Source: Macrostomum hystrix
Taxonomy: Eukaryota; Animalia; Platyhelminthes
Reading direction: 5' to 3'
Assembly: GCA_950097015.1 (NCBI GenBank)
Contig: CATNEN010000038.1
Coordinates: forward strand, 17,980,001-18,044,000
DNA: 64,000 nucleotides
A program made the translations under genes and the position numbers. The notes beneath the pieces are model-generated. The model saw nothing but the letters and a program-made list of their open reading frames with translations. It ran no database searches and was not told where the DNA came from. Within the stretch, counting starts at the first letter, position 1. Each line of letters opens with the position of its first letter. Below are positions 11,324-24,480 of this stretch, piece after piece.

Positions 11324-11519
11324 GCAAGCTGAAGTAAGAGTACGGGATGGCAGTTTTGGAATTTCATTTTTCGATTTTTAGGTTTTTAGCAGCATTTTAA
11401 ACTAGAAACGTAATAGGTAAAAACGTAGTCGGAAAATACCCATGCAGTTCAAGGCATACGAGTAATACTAGACAATACCCAGTCCTGTCCTATACATAAG
11501 ACACACAAGAGGTCCTGCT

Positions 11520-13615
11520 GAAGGCACAACAGAAGTCAATACCCTAGCTGAAGACACAACGGAAGTCGATACATTAGCTAGAGGCACAACAGAAGTCGAT
11601 ACACTAGCTAGAGGCACAACAGAATTCGATACCTTAGCTAGAGGCACAACAGAAGTCGATACACTAGCTGAGGCACAACAGAAGTCAATACCTTAGCTAG
11701 AGACACAACAGAAGTCGATACCTTAGCTAGAGACACAACAGAAGTCAATACCCTAGCTGAAGACACAACAGAAGTCAATACCCTAGCTGAGGCACAACAG
11801 AAGTCGATACATTAGCTGAAGACACAACAGAAGTCGATACACTAGCTAAAGGTACAACAGAAGTCGATACATTGGCTAGAGGCACAACAGAAGTCGATAC
11901 ATTAGCTAGAGGCACAACAGAAGTCGATACACTAGCTAGAGGCACAACAGAAGTCGATACACTAGCTAGAGGCACAACAGAAGTCGATACATTAGCTGAG
12001 GCACAACAGAAGTCGATACACTAGCTGAGGCACAACAGAAGTCGATACATTAGCTGAGGCACAACAGAAGTCGATACATTAGCTGAGGCACAACAGAAGT
12101 CGATACACTAGCTAGAGGCACAACAGATGTCGATACATTAGCTAGAGGCACAACAGAAGTCAATACCCTAGCTGAAGACACAACAGAAGTCAATACCCTA
12201 GCTGAGGCACAACAGAAGTCGATACATTAGCTGAAGACACAACAGAAGTCGATACACTAGCTAAAGGTACAACAGAAGTCGATACATAAGCTAGAGGCAC
12301 AACAGAAGTCGATACACTAGCTAGAGGCACAACAGAAGTCGATACATTAGCTGAGGCACAACAGAAGTCGATACACTAGCTGAGGCACAACAGAAGTCGA
12401 TACATTAGCTGAGGCACAACAGAAGTCGATACATTAGCTGAGGCACAACAGAAGTCGATACACTAGCTAGAGGCACAACAGATGTCGATACATTAGCTAG
12501 AGGCACAACAGAAGTCAATACCCTAGCTAGAGGCACAACTGAAGTCGATACACTAGCTAGAGGCACAACAGAAGTCGATACACTAGCTAGAGGCACAACA
12601 GAAGTCGATACATTAGCTGAGGCACAACAGAAGTCAATACACTAGCTGAAGACACAACAGAAGTCGATACACTAGCTAAAGGCACAACAGAAGTCGATAC
12701 ACTAGCTAGAGGCACAACAGAAGTAAATACCCTAGCTAAAAGCACAACAGAAGTCGATACATTAGCTAGAGGCACAACAGAAGTAAATACCCTAGCTAGA
12801 GACACAACAGAAGTCGATACCCTAGCTAAAAGCACAACTGAAGTCGATACATTAGCTAAAAGCACAACAGAAGTAAATACCCTAGCTAGAGACACAACAG
12901 AAGTCGATACATTAGCTGAGGCACAACAGAAGTCGATACACTAGCTAGAGGCACAACAGAAGTCGATACACTAGCTAGAGGCACAACAGAAGTCGATACA
13001 TTAGCTGAGGCACAACAGAAGTCAATACACTAGCTGAAGACACAACAGAAGTCGATACACTAGCTAAAGGCACAACAGAAGTCGATACACTAGCTAGAGG
13101 CACAACAGAAGTAAATACCCTAGCTAAAAGCACAACAGAAGTCGATACATTAGCTAGAGGCACAACAGAAGTAAATACCCTAGCTAGAGACACAACAGAA
13201 GTCGATACCCTAGCTAAAAGCACAACAGAAGTCGATACATTAGCTAAAAGCACAACAGAAGTAAATACCCTAGCTAGAGACACAACAGAAGTAAATACCC
13301 TAGCTAGAGACACAACAGAAGTAAATACCCTAGCTAGAGGCACAACTGAAGTCGATACATTAGCTAGAGGCACAACAGAAGTCAATACACTAGCTAGAGG
13401 CACAACAGAAGTCAATACACTAGCTAGAGGCACAACAGAAGTAAATACCCTAGCTAAAAGCACAACAGAAGTCAATACACTAGCTAGAGGCACAACAGAA
13501 GTCAATACACTAGCTAGAGGCACAACAGAAGTCAATACCCTAGCTAAAAGCACAACAGAAGTCAATACACTAGCTAGAGGCACAACAGAAGTCAATACCC
13601 TAGCTGAGGCACAAC
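11520..13615. repeat. Minisatellite, 29-30 bp unit (GAGGCACAACAGAAGTCGATACACTAGCTA), between TIR gene copies 2 and 1
   Basis: About 70 tandem units directly visible. They explain the repetitive VVPLASVSTS ORFs. Confidence 0.97.
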
Positions 13616-14701
13616 CCAGGACAATTACGTGCCATAATTTATAAAACCGTTTGACCCTTTGTAACTACGATCATTTTGTCATGTCTGATTATTAATGTCA
13701 TTAATAAAGATGCCATCATCATTAAGTTTCGCTTTAAATGCTACTACTAGTACGCAAATACCTGACGCTTAATAAGAAACAACAAGAAACGGAACAAAAT
13801 TGATTCCAAACCTCAAGATAGTTTTTATATTCATTAGCTCGAAAATGTATTGTAAAATAGTTTAAACGATTCGAAAAATAGAAGCAGTTTCAAATAAAAA
13901 TAGATTATAAGACCATATTTGATAGTCAGGAGACATCGTCACAATGTTTAGCTCTTCGTTGCTTTCGTCAATTGTCATGCAATAATTCTCACACAGCCTC
14001 AACGGAAAGTACAGGAACACCAGCACTAGTAGCGCATAACAGTTTCATTTATTTTGGAGCCCGATTTCATGACACAAATTATTAAAATTCTCGTAATGTT
14101 ACTCTTGATTTTGATGTCTCTTCAAGGCTGCTAATGCTCACAAAAGACAATAACATAGGAACTAAATATATAGAGATAGCTATAGGAATTATTATACTAG
14201 CAAATTATTACTAAAAAGCTAACAATAGACTGACAATAAAACGTGGGATATACTTGAAAAAAACTGAATTGGGCATCATTTAAACAATATTATTACTTCA
14301 GTATCTAAAAACAAACTTTAGGTCGCCGTTAAAGTGCACTAAAGACTAATGTAGAGAAAAAAAGCTTAAAACCAACGTTAGTTCTATCACTAAAAGTAGA
14401 AAGTCGGATTCGACCACGTACGAGGTATATATAAATGTCTTCATACGAGGTCATAATTGTAAAAATAATCAAAGAATAAATAAATAAGGAAAAAATATAT
14501 ACGATTGTAAATCATGATAAAAATCATTAGTACGCTCGGATACTGTAGATTTTCTAACAGGTGAGTAAATATATTCAGAATTTTAGAGAAGGACTTGTTT
14601 ATGACGAGCTAAAACATGAGGAATCTTGAAACAATTAACTTGAAGGACCTATTGTTAAAATATGTCTAAACACTAGAACTGAACTGATGCACAGATCGGC
14701 A

Positions 14702-17700
14702 TCACAGCAGCTCGCACGTCTTCGACCGCCCAGCAGCGCTATGAACTCTGGCCAGCTTCTCTCGCTTCTTCTCACTCAGAGGGGGTCGCTGGTTCGAACC
14801 GCCACCGGAACCAGTCGGGTTGCCAGCAGTGATGGTCGTGGAGACCTCTTTGATGCTTACGCTTTCTTTAACAGCCGCTTCGGGCACAAACTGCGTCAGT
14901 CTGGCATGGATCTCCTGGAACTTCTCTCCTCGCCACGTCAGCTGATCGTCCGCGTCCTTGTACATCTGGACGTAGATGAGCTGGGTGAGCGGCATCGACA
15001 TCGGACCCTCCGGAGGCCAGGCCATCTTCTCCAGCATCACTGGCACAATCGGCTTGCGGATGGCGTCAGCGAGACTCACCTCGCGCCTGCAGTTGGGCGA
15101 GGCGGCGTACTTGGGAGTGACGAAGGCCAGCAGAACGCTGCAGCCGCGAACGCCGCGGTCGATCTTCTCGTACAGCGAGTCGCCTCCGCCCATCTGGAAG
15201 ATGTCCATCCAGCAGGTGAATCCCAGACTGCTGAGTCGCGAGTAGAGCGCCTTCACCTCTGTCTGCTTTGCCCACTGGTACGAGAGAAACACCTGACACG
15301 CTGCTTGAGGTGCAGCCGACTGTGCGGAGCTGTCACTTCCGCCGTCTTTGCCGGCCGACTTGTCGGTTCTGGCGTCCCCCTTCCTTTCCGGCAGCACGAT
15401 GATCTCGTCAGCAATGGGCGGCTGCCACCAGTTTGCGTACTCCGCAGCCACCGAGTCATAGTCGGGCGCAACGGCCAACCGAATTTGAGCCAGCAGCTCT
15501 GAGAACTTGTCCGGCGGCCAGAACACTCCGCCGGCTGAGCCACCGGCCTTGCCACCACTCCGATCGAACATGCGGATGTACAGGTACTCTGTGAGCAGAG
15601 GACCCATGGCTCCCTCTGGAGGCCAGGACACTCGCTCCAGCTGCACAGGAATCAGGTGCTTGTTCAGCGACACCGACAAGTTCAGCTGCAATCGAGAAAT
15701 CATGCATTTCAGCCAAATATGATTGTACTTTAGCACCTTTAGCACTCGTCATGACCGATCACTCACCTCTCGTCTGCAGTTGTCCGACTTTGAGTACTTC
15801 TCAGTCACGCACGCGATCACCACTTTTGCGGATCGAATTCCAGCATCGATGGCTGAGAACAGCTTGTCTCCGCCTCCCATCTGACCAATGTCCATCCAGC
15901 AGCGATATCCGGCCTTCTCAAGGTGCTGCTTGAGCATCTTCACCTCCGCCTGATGCGCCCACTGGTAGCTGAGGAAGACGTTGCGAGGAGCCGTGAACTC
16001 GACCGGATCGTCCGATGCAGCCGACTCTGCAACCAAATGGGACGAATCATTTATTCAGACGACACCGCAACAGCAGCTCACGTGACACTCACCTGCGTTG
16101 AGAATGGACGCCTCGACTATGGCTGCTGCGTCGAGCCGATTCATCTCCTTGAGCTGCTGCAGCACTGCCTTGGACGCCTCTGCTGCTCTGTTGTTTGCGT
16201 AGAACTCAGCCAACAGACTCATGCACGGGTCCGGAGTCGTCGTCCATGCTCGAATGTCATCAGCTGTGAAGTTGAGCCTCTGAGCCAGCAGTCGCCAGTC
16301 AGTGTCGGACTCCGGATTCATCAGGCGCGAGACCTCGCGAGACCACGCGGGAGCCGCACTCAGAGTCTTCAGGATGCAGTTTAGGTGAAGAGCGACTGCA
16401 CTGGACTCGGAGTATGCTCAAAATGATGCAAATGACAGCTCACCTTCAGGTCGATCTCCTCCACCTTCTCGCCCAGCACTCCCACAGTCACATTCAGGTC
16501 GTCAACACGTCCTTCGGTGACCTCCACGCGTCCACGAACTTGACCGAGCTCGTCTCTGGTCTGATCCACGCGACCCGACACGTCGTCCACCTTGTGAGCG
16601 GTGTCGCTCAGGCCTCGCTCGAGTCCTCCGATCTTGCCGCTCTGCTCAGTGACCTGGCCTTCCAGACCGACCAGCGAGCGGTTCGCAATCACATCGAGCA
16701 GGTGGTTGCAGGCGTCGAGCAGTGCGGGACTCGACTTCCACCGCTTGATGTCGGACTCTCGCTCGGCCAGCAGCTGCGGACTGTCAACTCCGACGCGTCG
16801 CATCAGCGCGAGGCAGCCGGCGAGCTTGTCCGGAGCCGAGTCCAACGACAGGTGGTGGTTCACGATGTCACAGATGGCCGCCATTAGCCTCGCCGCGCCG
16901 AAGCTGCCCTTGTCCATTGTATTAATCACTAGAGCAACGAGGTCGATGTTGGCCTTTGCAGTTTGTATAAGCTGATCTAAAACCCCGGTCATTGTCTGCG
17001 GCTGATTCTCCGCTAGGGCGGCGAGCCCTGTTAGTGCCATAGCGGCGAACTGTCCCTGCAGGATGCTCAGAAGATAGTCTCGCATCTGCTCAGCACAATG
17101 TCTGCTGTTGTTTTTGCAGACTATATTGACGACGCTGACTAGTTGTACCTGTACGTGGCTTGCTTCTCGGGCAATCTCAATCAACTGCGCTATCTGGGTG
17201 GCCAGCTCATCTGGTACATTAGCATTGGATGCCTGCTGCAAGCTCTCTGCGAATTTTGGTGTAGAAATCTTGTATGTTTAATTTTTGCTGTAAGTGTATT
17301 TGTACATCTATTCTGCTAATTAATTTCATGTTTGAGTATTCGGATTTTATAATTGAGAATACTCACGGAGCAAGCCAGCGAGCATGGGAGTGAACATCTG
17401 ATCATTAGCGGACTTCCGCTCTTCTAGGTACTGCAACAGGAGCGGCAGGTGGCGCAGAAACTGGAACACAGTGTCGGGGCTCATGCCAAGGCAGCTGGTC
17501 AGGCCGACCATGATGGAGCTCATGCCTGATTCCGGATTTTCAGTTGTCTTTCTACACATTGTGATGTACAATGGGTACAACACTTTGTTGATGGGTAGCA
17601 TCTAGAAAAAAGTTTTTAACGGCCAATGAGTATGTTCAAACACTACTTTGAAGTCTAATGTTTTAGCAAAATATTTATGATCTACTCTAGCCGCACCGTT

Positions 17701-20700
17701 TGCACATTTGCGGCAGACATGAGATTGCTGAGCAGGTTAATGACCACGAGTCCCTCAGTAGAAATCATGTCTGAACCGCTCATCAAGGTCACCACGAGGT
17801 CCTGCTTGAGGCACGCCTCTGTGATTCTACGAATGCTCTCCAGACTGCTGCAGACTGTCTGTGGAGCATCTTTGCTGCAAGTTTTAAATAATGAGAATTG
17901 AGAGTTGGTAATATCACTAGTTGCTTGGCGCTAAGAACATGCTTCCCTGACCCTTGCACGAATTGCACTGTAGAGAATTTGAAATTGTATATAGAAGTAA
18001 CTGTTGTGAATTGACTGACTGAATGCTAATTTACGCATACTGCCACTATGAGTAGTGCAGTGAGGAAGCTAGTAGTTTCTAGAACCTTCTGTAGCCAGAA
18101 TATTCTAGAACCTTCTATAGTCCGTGTTTTCTAGAACTTTCGATTTAACATATCAGCTACCTATAAATATACGGACACAAAGCTATCACAAAAAGGATAA
18201 CTTCTCAATTTGGAATCTGCCAACAAATCCGTTGTTCCCTTCGTTCACTACATAACAGTAACAAGTGCAGTTAATATTTTAATACCTGTAGCATGAATAG
18301 TGAAGGCATGAGAACTGTGAGAACATTGTGAACATTAAGAATCGGATTAGTCTACTATTATAATTAAGCAGAATAGCAGCACAATACGAGGATGATAAAA
18401 TTAATTCTTAGGTGACACTTGAAAATATTTTAATGAGAACTTAATGAATTTTATTTTTATGTGCAATGAAAGGCAGATGATATGATACCAGCTAGGCTCA
18501 AAAACCCAAGATAACGTAACGTTTAAAGCTACAAACATTCGCTGCTCACATCATGAAGCTGATAAAGTCGAGCGGTATAACTGCAAAACCAATGCCGTAG
18601 TGAACGCTCTCAATGGTGGTTATCGGATTCGCTAAGAATTCCTCCAGCATGTCCAGATTTTCCTGAAACTTATCGCGAAGAATCGGCCAGTTAAAGGTCT
18701 CCTTATCGATGCCACGAATGGCTCCAAGTAGGCAGAGACTTCGTTTGGCGACCATCTTGCGCATTGTTTCGAAAAGCTTTAGCTGAGTTTCCTTGCTGTG
18801 TACCATCTTCTTGCCGGGCGACTTGCTAAAATATTAAGCGTTTTCGTTAACAGTTCGAAGCAAATAGTTCCGGGGCAAACGAAAGTTTAATGCGCACTTG
18901 AATTCACGAGTACCAAGTTCATAAGAGATATAACGGTGAGATGTTCTCAAGCATGAGTTCCACCGAAATGAGACGTGATTAGAGATACTGGAGAGCCACA
19001 CAAAGACGTTCTCAATAATTAGGATCACAATGTGACGCTTTTTAAGAACTTGTGTCAACGCAATGAGACGTGCAGCTTAGTTATTAGTGTGTCACGGTGT
19101 GAAATTCTCACGAATTAGAGCGCAACAATGCGACATTCTCACTAATTTGAGCGCCACAATGAGACATTCTTAAGAGCTTCAGTACTACGAGTACAACGAG
19201 CATGGCTTCCGGAATTAAAGCATCACAATAGGACTTTTTTATTTTTGCAACGCAATGATCGAAATGTGCGCTTAGTTATTAGTATGTCACGGTGAGACAT
19301 TTTCACGAATTAGAGCGCAGCAATGAGACATCTCAAGAGTTTGAGTGCTACAACGAGAATTTTCTCAGGAATTAAAGCGCAACAATGTGACGCTATCAAG
19401 AGTTAGCTTCACAGTGCGACAGAATACACACCAGGAATAAAATGATCTTTATTAGATTGATAGTTACGCAATGAATTCCATCAGTTATTTTCCTAAATAT
19501 TGAGGGGTAGATCGAATATACACTTACAATAGATTTTCGACCATGTCTTCAAAGACGGACGCCAGTTTGCGAACTGGGCCGTAAACCAGAGGGTCGCCCT
19601 GATTTGTCTCCGGCACAGAGCTATCCAACTTGATCAGAGTTTCCGCACACTCGTCAATGAATAGTAAAAATGCCGATTGGAATTTCTGAAAGTATTTTCA
19701 GTCTTATTTAACGCTCGTGTTTATATTTGGGTGTGTCAATGTTGACGGTGGCCTTTCTACTCGTATATTTTACTTTCAAAAAATGCTGGAACAAAGGCTA
19801 CTTATTGTGGCGTGCCTCGCTTTCATCCTCACTTCATCCTCAACTTCATCCTCGTCGTCAGTATAGATAATATAGCATTCGTCTTCTAAACCAGTGCCAA
19901 TTATCGGGATCAAAGCTAGCTGTCACCGAAGGCATGTTTTCAGATAAATCAATGCAAAATATGGAACTGTTTGTGCCGGACTCCAGTCATGGAAGCAGTG
20001 AAAACATCTTGTACTAAGGGTTTAAACTAAAAAAAAAATTTCTAAGGGTTGGATCAACTGTGCAGTTCAATGGATCAATGCTTACTAAACTGTACATTGC
20101 ACGACAACAGGCTGATGCGTACATCTGGAGAGAGCTGAGGCAGAAACGGAAAGAAATTTTTATGGGGTGGCGTCGGCGTGAAGTCCTTGCCGAAGGAGCA
20201 GCTACCGCAAACTATGCGTATGACTGCTGTGAGATTGAGAAGAAATAGTCTATGGCCTGCAGGGCCTCCCGCAAGCTACGGCAGTATAATGAAAACAAGC
20301 CCGCAATTCAAGCGTTATTGACATGTTTGTATGCGTATGGTCAGATGTCAAAGGTTTTCCATCAGAAATATATGAGTTTTGGCCATAGATATTACAACAG
20401 TCATTGATGAAAAACGTTAGACAATGCCCTAAACTGGCTTCTATTTTTTAAATAGAAATGGATCCACTCCCTAAGCTGCTTCGTAGTCTGTAGGTCAAAT
20501 AAAAAGACCTGGAAGTACTTTAACTTGCCTAGCACATCCTAGACAAATTATCTACCAGCTTTTCTTGGGCAAAAGGCTTACCGCTGCGCTCAACTGTATG
20601 ACCTTCCGCTTGTTGCTTTCAAAGTACATGCGGCGAATGCTTTCAACGAATTGGGCTGTGGAGACTGGCAGTTGCTTAAGGTACAGTGGCATGCACTTAG

Positions 20701-23371
20701 CCATGTCCTCAGCTGTGACAACAGTTCCAGGTAGGAGCTTCTGGAACAGCTCATAGCGAGTCTCCTTGTACAGCTTGTCTTCTGGCTCCAAGTTGCCGCT
20801 GTCGTTCTTCTTGGACTTTCTCATGATGGCATCAATGCTGATCTGCCCATTGACTAGATCATCCAGGCATGGTGTGTCCTTGTATTTCAAGAGGCGGTTT
20901 AAAAATTACATAAGCAGTCACTAAGGATGTGGTTTCTCCTTGACAAGGATGTGGTGCCTCATTGACAAGGATGTGGTGCCTCATTGACAAGGATGTGGTG
21001 TCTCATTGACAAGGATGTGGTGCCTCATTGACAAGGATGTGGTGCCTCATTGACAAGGATGTGGTGCCTCATTGACAAGGATGTGGTGTCTCATTGACAA
21101 GGATGTGGTGCCTCATTGACAAGGATGTGGTGTCTCATTGACAAGGATGTGGTGTCTTATTGACAAGGATGTGGTGCCTCATTGACAAGGATGTGGTGTC
21201 TCATTGACAAGGATGTGGTGCCTCATTGACAAGGATGTGGTGCCTCATTGACAAGGATGTGGTGCCTCATTGACAAGGATGTGGTGTCTCATTGACAAGG
21301 ATGTGGTGTCTCATTGAGAAGGATGTGGTGTCTCACTGACAAGGATTCAGTGTCTCATAGACAAGAATGTGATATATTCCAAACAATGCCGTTTTAAAGG
21401 CCCAGCGATTTCAGCATTTAAGTCACAGTCACGATAAGACTGTGAGTCAGTTGCTGTCGCTAACACCTGCACTCACCGCTAGAGTGTACTTCTTATTGAT
21501 GGCCAGTTCCGTCAGGCGACGCATCATGAAGCAAGCCGATTTCAGTGTCAGCTTGCTGCTCATCAGCTTCAAGCAGCTCCGAAAGGCGTCATTAAATAAG
21601 TACTTGAAGTCGACATCTTTCATGTCACTGTCAATGGAAAGTTTCTAATTTACGCATGTGAATATCTCCTCGGTTGCTTTATTAAGTTGTCCAAAAATGT
21701 TCACGACACTCACCACATTGCCGAACTGAAATTCGTCACAACCCCATCCAGACAGGTCACAGCTTCCTGAGACAGCTCTGAGCTGGGCGCGGCCTCCAGT
21801 GCTCCAACCAGTCGGCGCATGAATTGCTCATCGTTTGAGTAGTACTGAAATTGCGGATAAAGGTTCACACTGTCATCGAACGTGGCAAACTATGCAGACA
21901 AAAGTGCAAACAAGTTCAACAGTTTCTGGGGCAACAATCGTACTCACTGTACTACTGTACTCACGTGAACAAGTGACGATTTCATTGGAGCTGATTGGAA
22001 ACTCTCCAACTTCCTGCGAAGGCACCCGAGGGCGAATGACCGGAGGAAGAGAATCTCATCGGATTTCGAGTCGCAGTGACTGACAAAGTCCAGGTACAGG
22101 GCTTGGATCTCTGCCGTGTTCTTGAACAAAACCTGGGCGCTGTAAGAAGTGTTTTTAACCTCAAAAGTTGGATTGCGAATAATGAAAATGCTGCTTGAGC
22201 ACTGATTGCAACATAGTTACTAACCTGAAGCTGTCCAACAATGAAGTGACCGTCTGGCTGTTGATTTGAGAGGCCACGAAGCGGCGCTCGTCCGGTTCGC
22301 CTTCAATGCGGGTCTGACGAATGGTCAGCAGCAGCTGCTTGGCGAACTGCTCTTCCTACGGGGAATTATGAGTCCGAATTTTGAGCTCTACGGTTTAACT
22401 CACCGCGTGTAAAGTCCAGTAAAGTCTTCGGTAAAATGAGTACTGCAATTTTCTGCAATGATATTTCACTTTGGTCACTCACATCGAACTTCAGACGGCT
22501 AAACGACTGTCGCAGATCGATGAAGACATCGGTGGTAAAGCCACTGGCGCCGTGAGCGAAGCAGGAGCAATACGCCGACCAGACTGCGGGTCGCAGAGCT
22601 TCAAGCCAGTCCTCGTGATCACTCCTGCCGATTTTTGAGACGTTGTTAATACAAAATAATATTTTATAAACTTGTAGCCATGTGGTCACAGCGTCGAACT
22701 CACAAATTTAAGGTCGCGGGTTCGATTCTCGACCATACTGGAAAAATTCGCGTCCTTTTGCGAGACACTTAACTGTACATTGGTTCAGTTCAACCAGCTG
22801 TTAAATGGGTTCCAGCATTAGCTGGGATAGTTAAGGGTGGGTGTGGTATCCTCACCAGTCCATGGACTGAACAGCTGTACGCAGCCTTCAGAAGCGCCGC
22901 AAAATAGCTGCGGCTGTGCTGTCGGCTGCACATTTGGCCCACGTGGGGCAGATGTAATCAATTATTCCTATTATTTTTGCCATTAAAGACTAAAGGTCAC
23001 GGAACACCAAATCGTAAATTCCAAGAGCTTGGATCTTTCAAAAGTCTGCGTGTCATTCTCTCAAGGTTTACGCTTGTACATCTCAGGTTCTCATGGTCGG
23101 CATTTTGACATCCCAAAATCAGTCCCTAGACTCACAAAGCGTCTCGCATGTGCACAATGGTCCTGAGCACACAGTAATATCCGGGTGAACTCCTCTTGGG
23201 CCAGAATGACGGCCCCTTGGCCATGCAGCTACCAAGGGCTCCGAGCACATTCTCAATGTCCCGCTGAGTCAGACTGTTAGTCGGGAATTGCTGATTGTAG
23301 TAGTCTAGTAGGTCGTTGTCACTGTTTTCTGCCTGCGTTTGCAGGTTTAGACTTGCGAAATGGGCGTCCAT
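14702..23371 (-). CDS. Copy 2 of the helical-CC-DD-TIR-TIR-CaaX gene. 15 exons, approx. 23136-23371, 22482-22625, 22225-22355, 21955-22139, 21714-21844, 21477-21627, 20582-20878, 19528-19685, 18550-18825, 17697-17874, 17367-17601, 16444-17246, 16093-16366, 15767-16026, 14702-15685
   Basis: Same exon order and phases as copy 1. The C-terminal exons are near-identical (offset 12994). N-terminal exons are remotely homologous, e.g. DMKDVDFKYLFNDA vs DLKAVDFTGLVNDA and YYSNDEQFM vs MYSSDQSFM. Confidence 0.88.
18002..18257 (+). mobile_element. Solo LTR (256 bp) in an intron of TIR gene copy 2
   Basis: Termini TGTTGTG...CATAACA, 5-bp TSD GTAAC (17997-18001 and 18258-18262), internal TATAAAT at 18162. 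Confidence 0.75.
18077..18168 (+). promoter_or_regulatory. Three heat-shock-element arrays plus TATA box within the solo LTR
   Basis: TTCtaGAAccTTC (18077-18089), GAAtaTTCtaGAAccTTC (18098-18115), TTCtaGAActTTC (18129-18141), then TATAAAT at 18162. Confidence 0.6.
18940..19420. repeat. Degenerate ~31-bp tandem repeat (GAGACATTCTCACGAATTAGAGCGCAACAAT-like), intronic
   Basis: Recurring GAGAC.TTCTCA.GAATTAGAGC.C.ACAAT words. Confidence 0.7.
20922..21368. repeat. Minisatellite, 22-bp unit TGACAAGGATGTGGTGYCTCAT, intronic
   Basis: About 20 near-perfect tandem units. Confidence 0.97.
22672..22960 (+). mobile_element. tRNA-derived SINE family C with CORE/V-like central motif
   Basis: tRNA-like head ending GGTTCGATTCTC, followed by GTCCTTTTGCGAGACACTTAAC and CAGCTGTTAAATGGGTTCC, which resemble conserved central domains of metazoan SINE superfamilies. 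Confidence 0.55.
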
Positions 23372-23529
23372 TCCCTGAAATTGTGTGCTTTGATTGTTGT
23401 ATATTGCGTTTGTCAGGTTTGTTAAAATAAAAATTTTGAATTCATCACTGCTTGCAAAATATTTGAAAAAAGTTACTCGTACTAGAGATACGACGTAAGC
23501 AATATTGTCAGGAACTTTAATGATAAATA

Positions 23530-23862
23530 ATAAATATTTTCAGGAGGGTCTTCTTTCACATTATTCGGTGACACTAGACCCGCAGCCAGCAAGGAGGCAC
23601 ATTCATCTGCCTCCCGAAAACACACGCACACAGATACCGTGTGCAGGTACACACTCATACAAGGTGTGTACATCTGCCCAGACTTTCTCATCGTCAGGCG
23701 ATGTACACTTTCACTGTATCTTAGCCTTCAGGGGCGTAAATTTCAAGACAACCCCCCGAACTTTCTCCCTGCGCCCTAATTGACATTGGCCCCGCCGTAA
23801 AATCAAGCTAAGGGACCTTGGTGCGAGAGGCAAACGCATTAGAATGCACTGGCACTCACCCA
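23530..23862 (-). mobile_element. SINE family A copy immediately upstream of TIR gene copy 2
   Basis: Reverse-complement match to 10145-10510. Confidence 0.8.
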
Positions 23863-24063
23863 CGCCTGGGAAACCTGTGCATGCGTTTTCTCACAGACTT
23901 GTTTGACTGTTTGAGTATATGCAGCTTGAGCTGCTTCCAACTGGATGATAGAGGCTTACAACTTCAAAATAAAACATTTCGTTAAAAGTTACTTTTTATT
24001 TCTTGTAGTAATTAATATTTTAAGCGCATGCCTTTAACAGTTGCTGAAGCCTGCATAATCACA

Positions 24064-24480
24064 CCACTCGAGATGCATTCAAAAAGTTTTTTTTCAGTGT
24101 ACCCAAAAAATTAACAATCAGCGAATAGAACAAGTAAAACGTGGTTAAAGTGCTCATTTTCATTCACTTATTAAACATATTCACCACCATTGTTCTTGCA
24201 CTTCTGCTACGATGCACCAGGCCTCTGATTCTGGTACCAACGCCTCTTGCGTTGGGTTTGATTCGGTTAGGTTCGCGTACCGCTCCAAATTGCAAGCAGT
24301 TTCGGTGCGTTGCTGCCAAAAACTTGCTGAAGCTTTCGGAACTTCTCTGGAGGCTTTTCCCCTTGCAAAAATATAAACTTCATGACACTTCGAACGTCTT
24401 GTTTCGAGGATGATTCAACCATGGCCGAATATTCGATGACCAAGAGTTGACGTAGCTCAGACATGGTTGCAAGCTAAGGC
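24064..24480 (-). mobile_element. Internally deleted mariner-type transposon remnant
   Basis: ORF KQDVRSVMKFIFLQGEKPPEKFRKLQQVFGSNAPK resembles the mariner transposase N-terminal HTH. Degenerate C-terminal KC.NNGGEYV follows. TIR-like CGAGATGCATTCAAAAAGT at about 24069. Confidence 0.6.

Noticed and set aside
11775-13595. Repetitive ORFs (VVPLASVSTS)n and similar ORFs at 29437, 33352-33793 and 42138-47848
   Set aside because: They are translations of tandem repeats with frequent frame-breaking unit-length variants.
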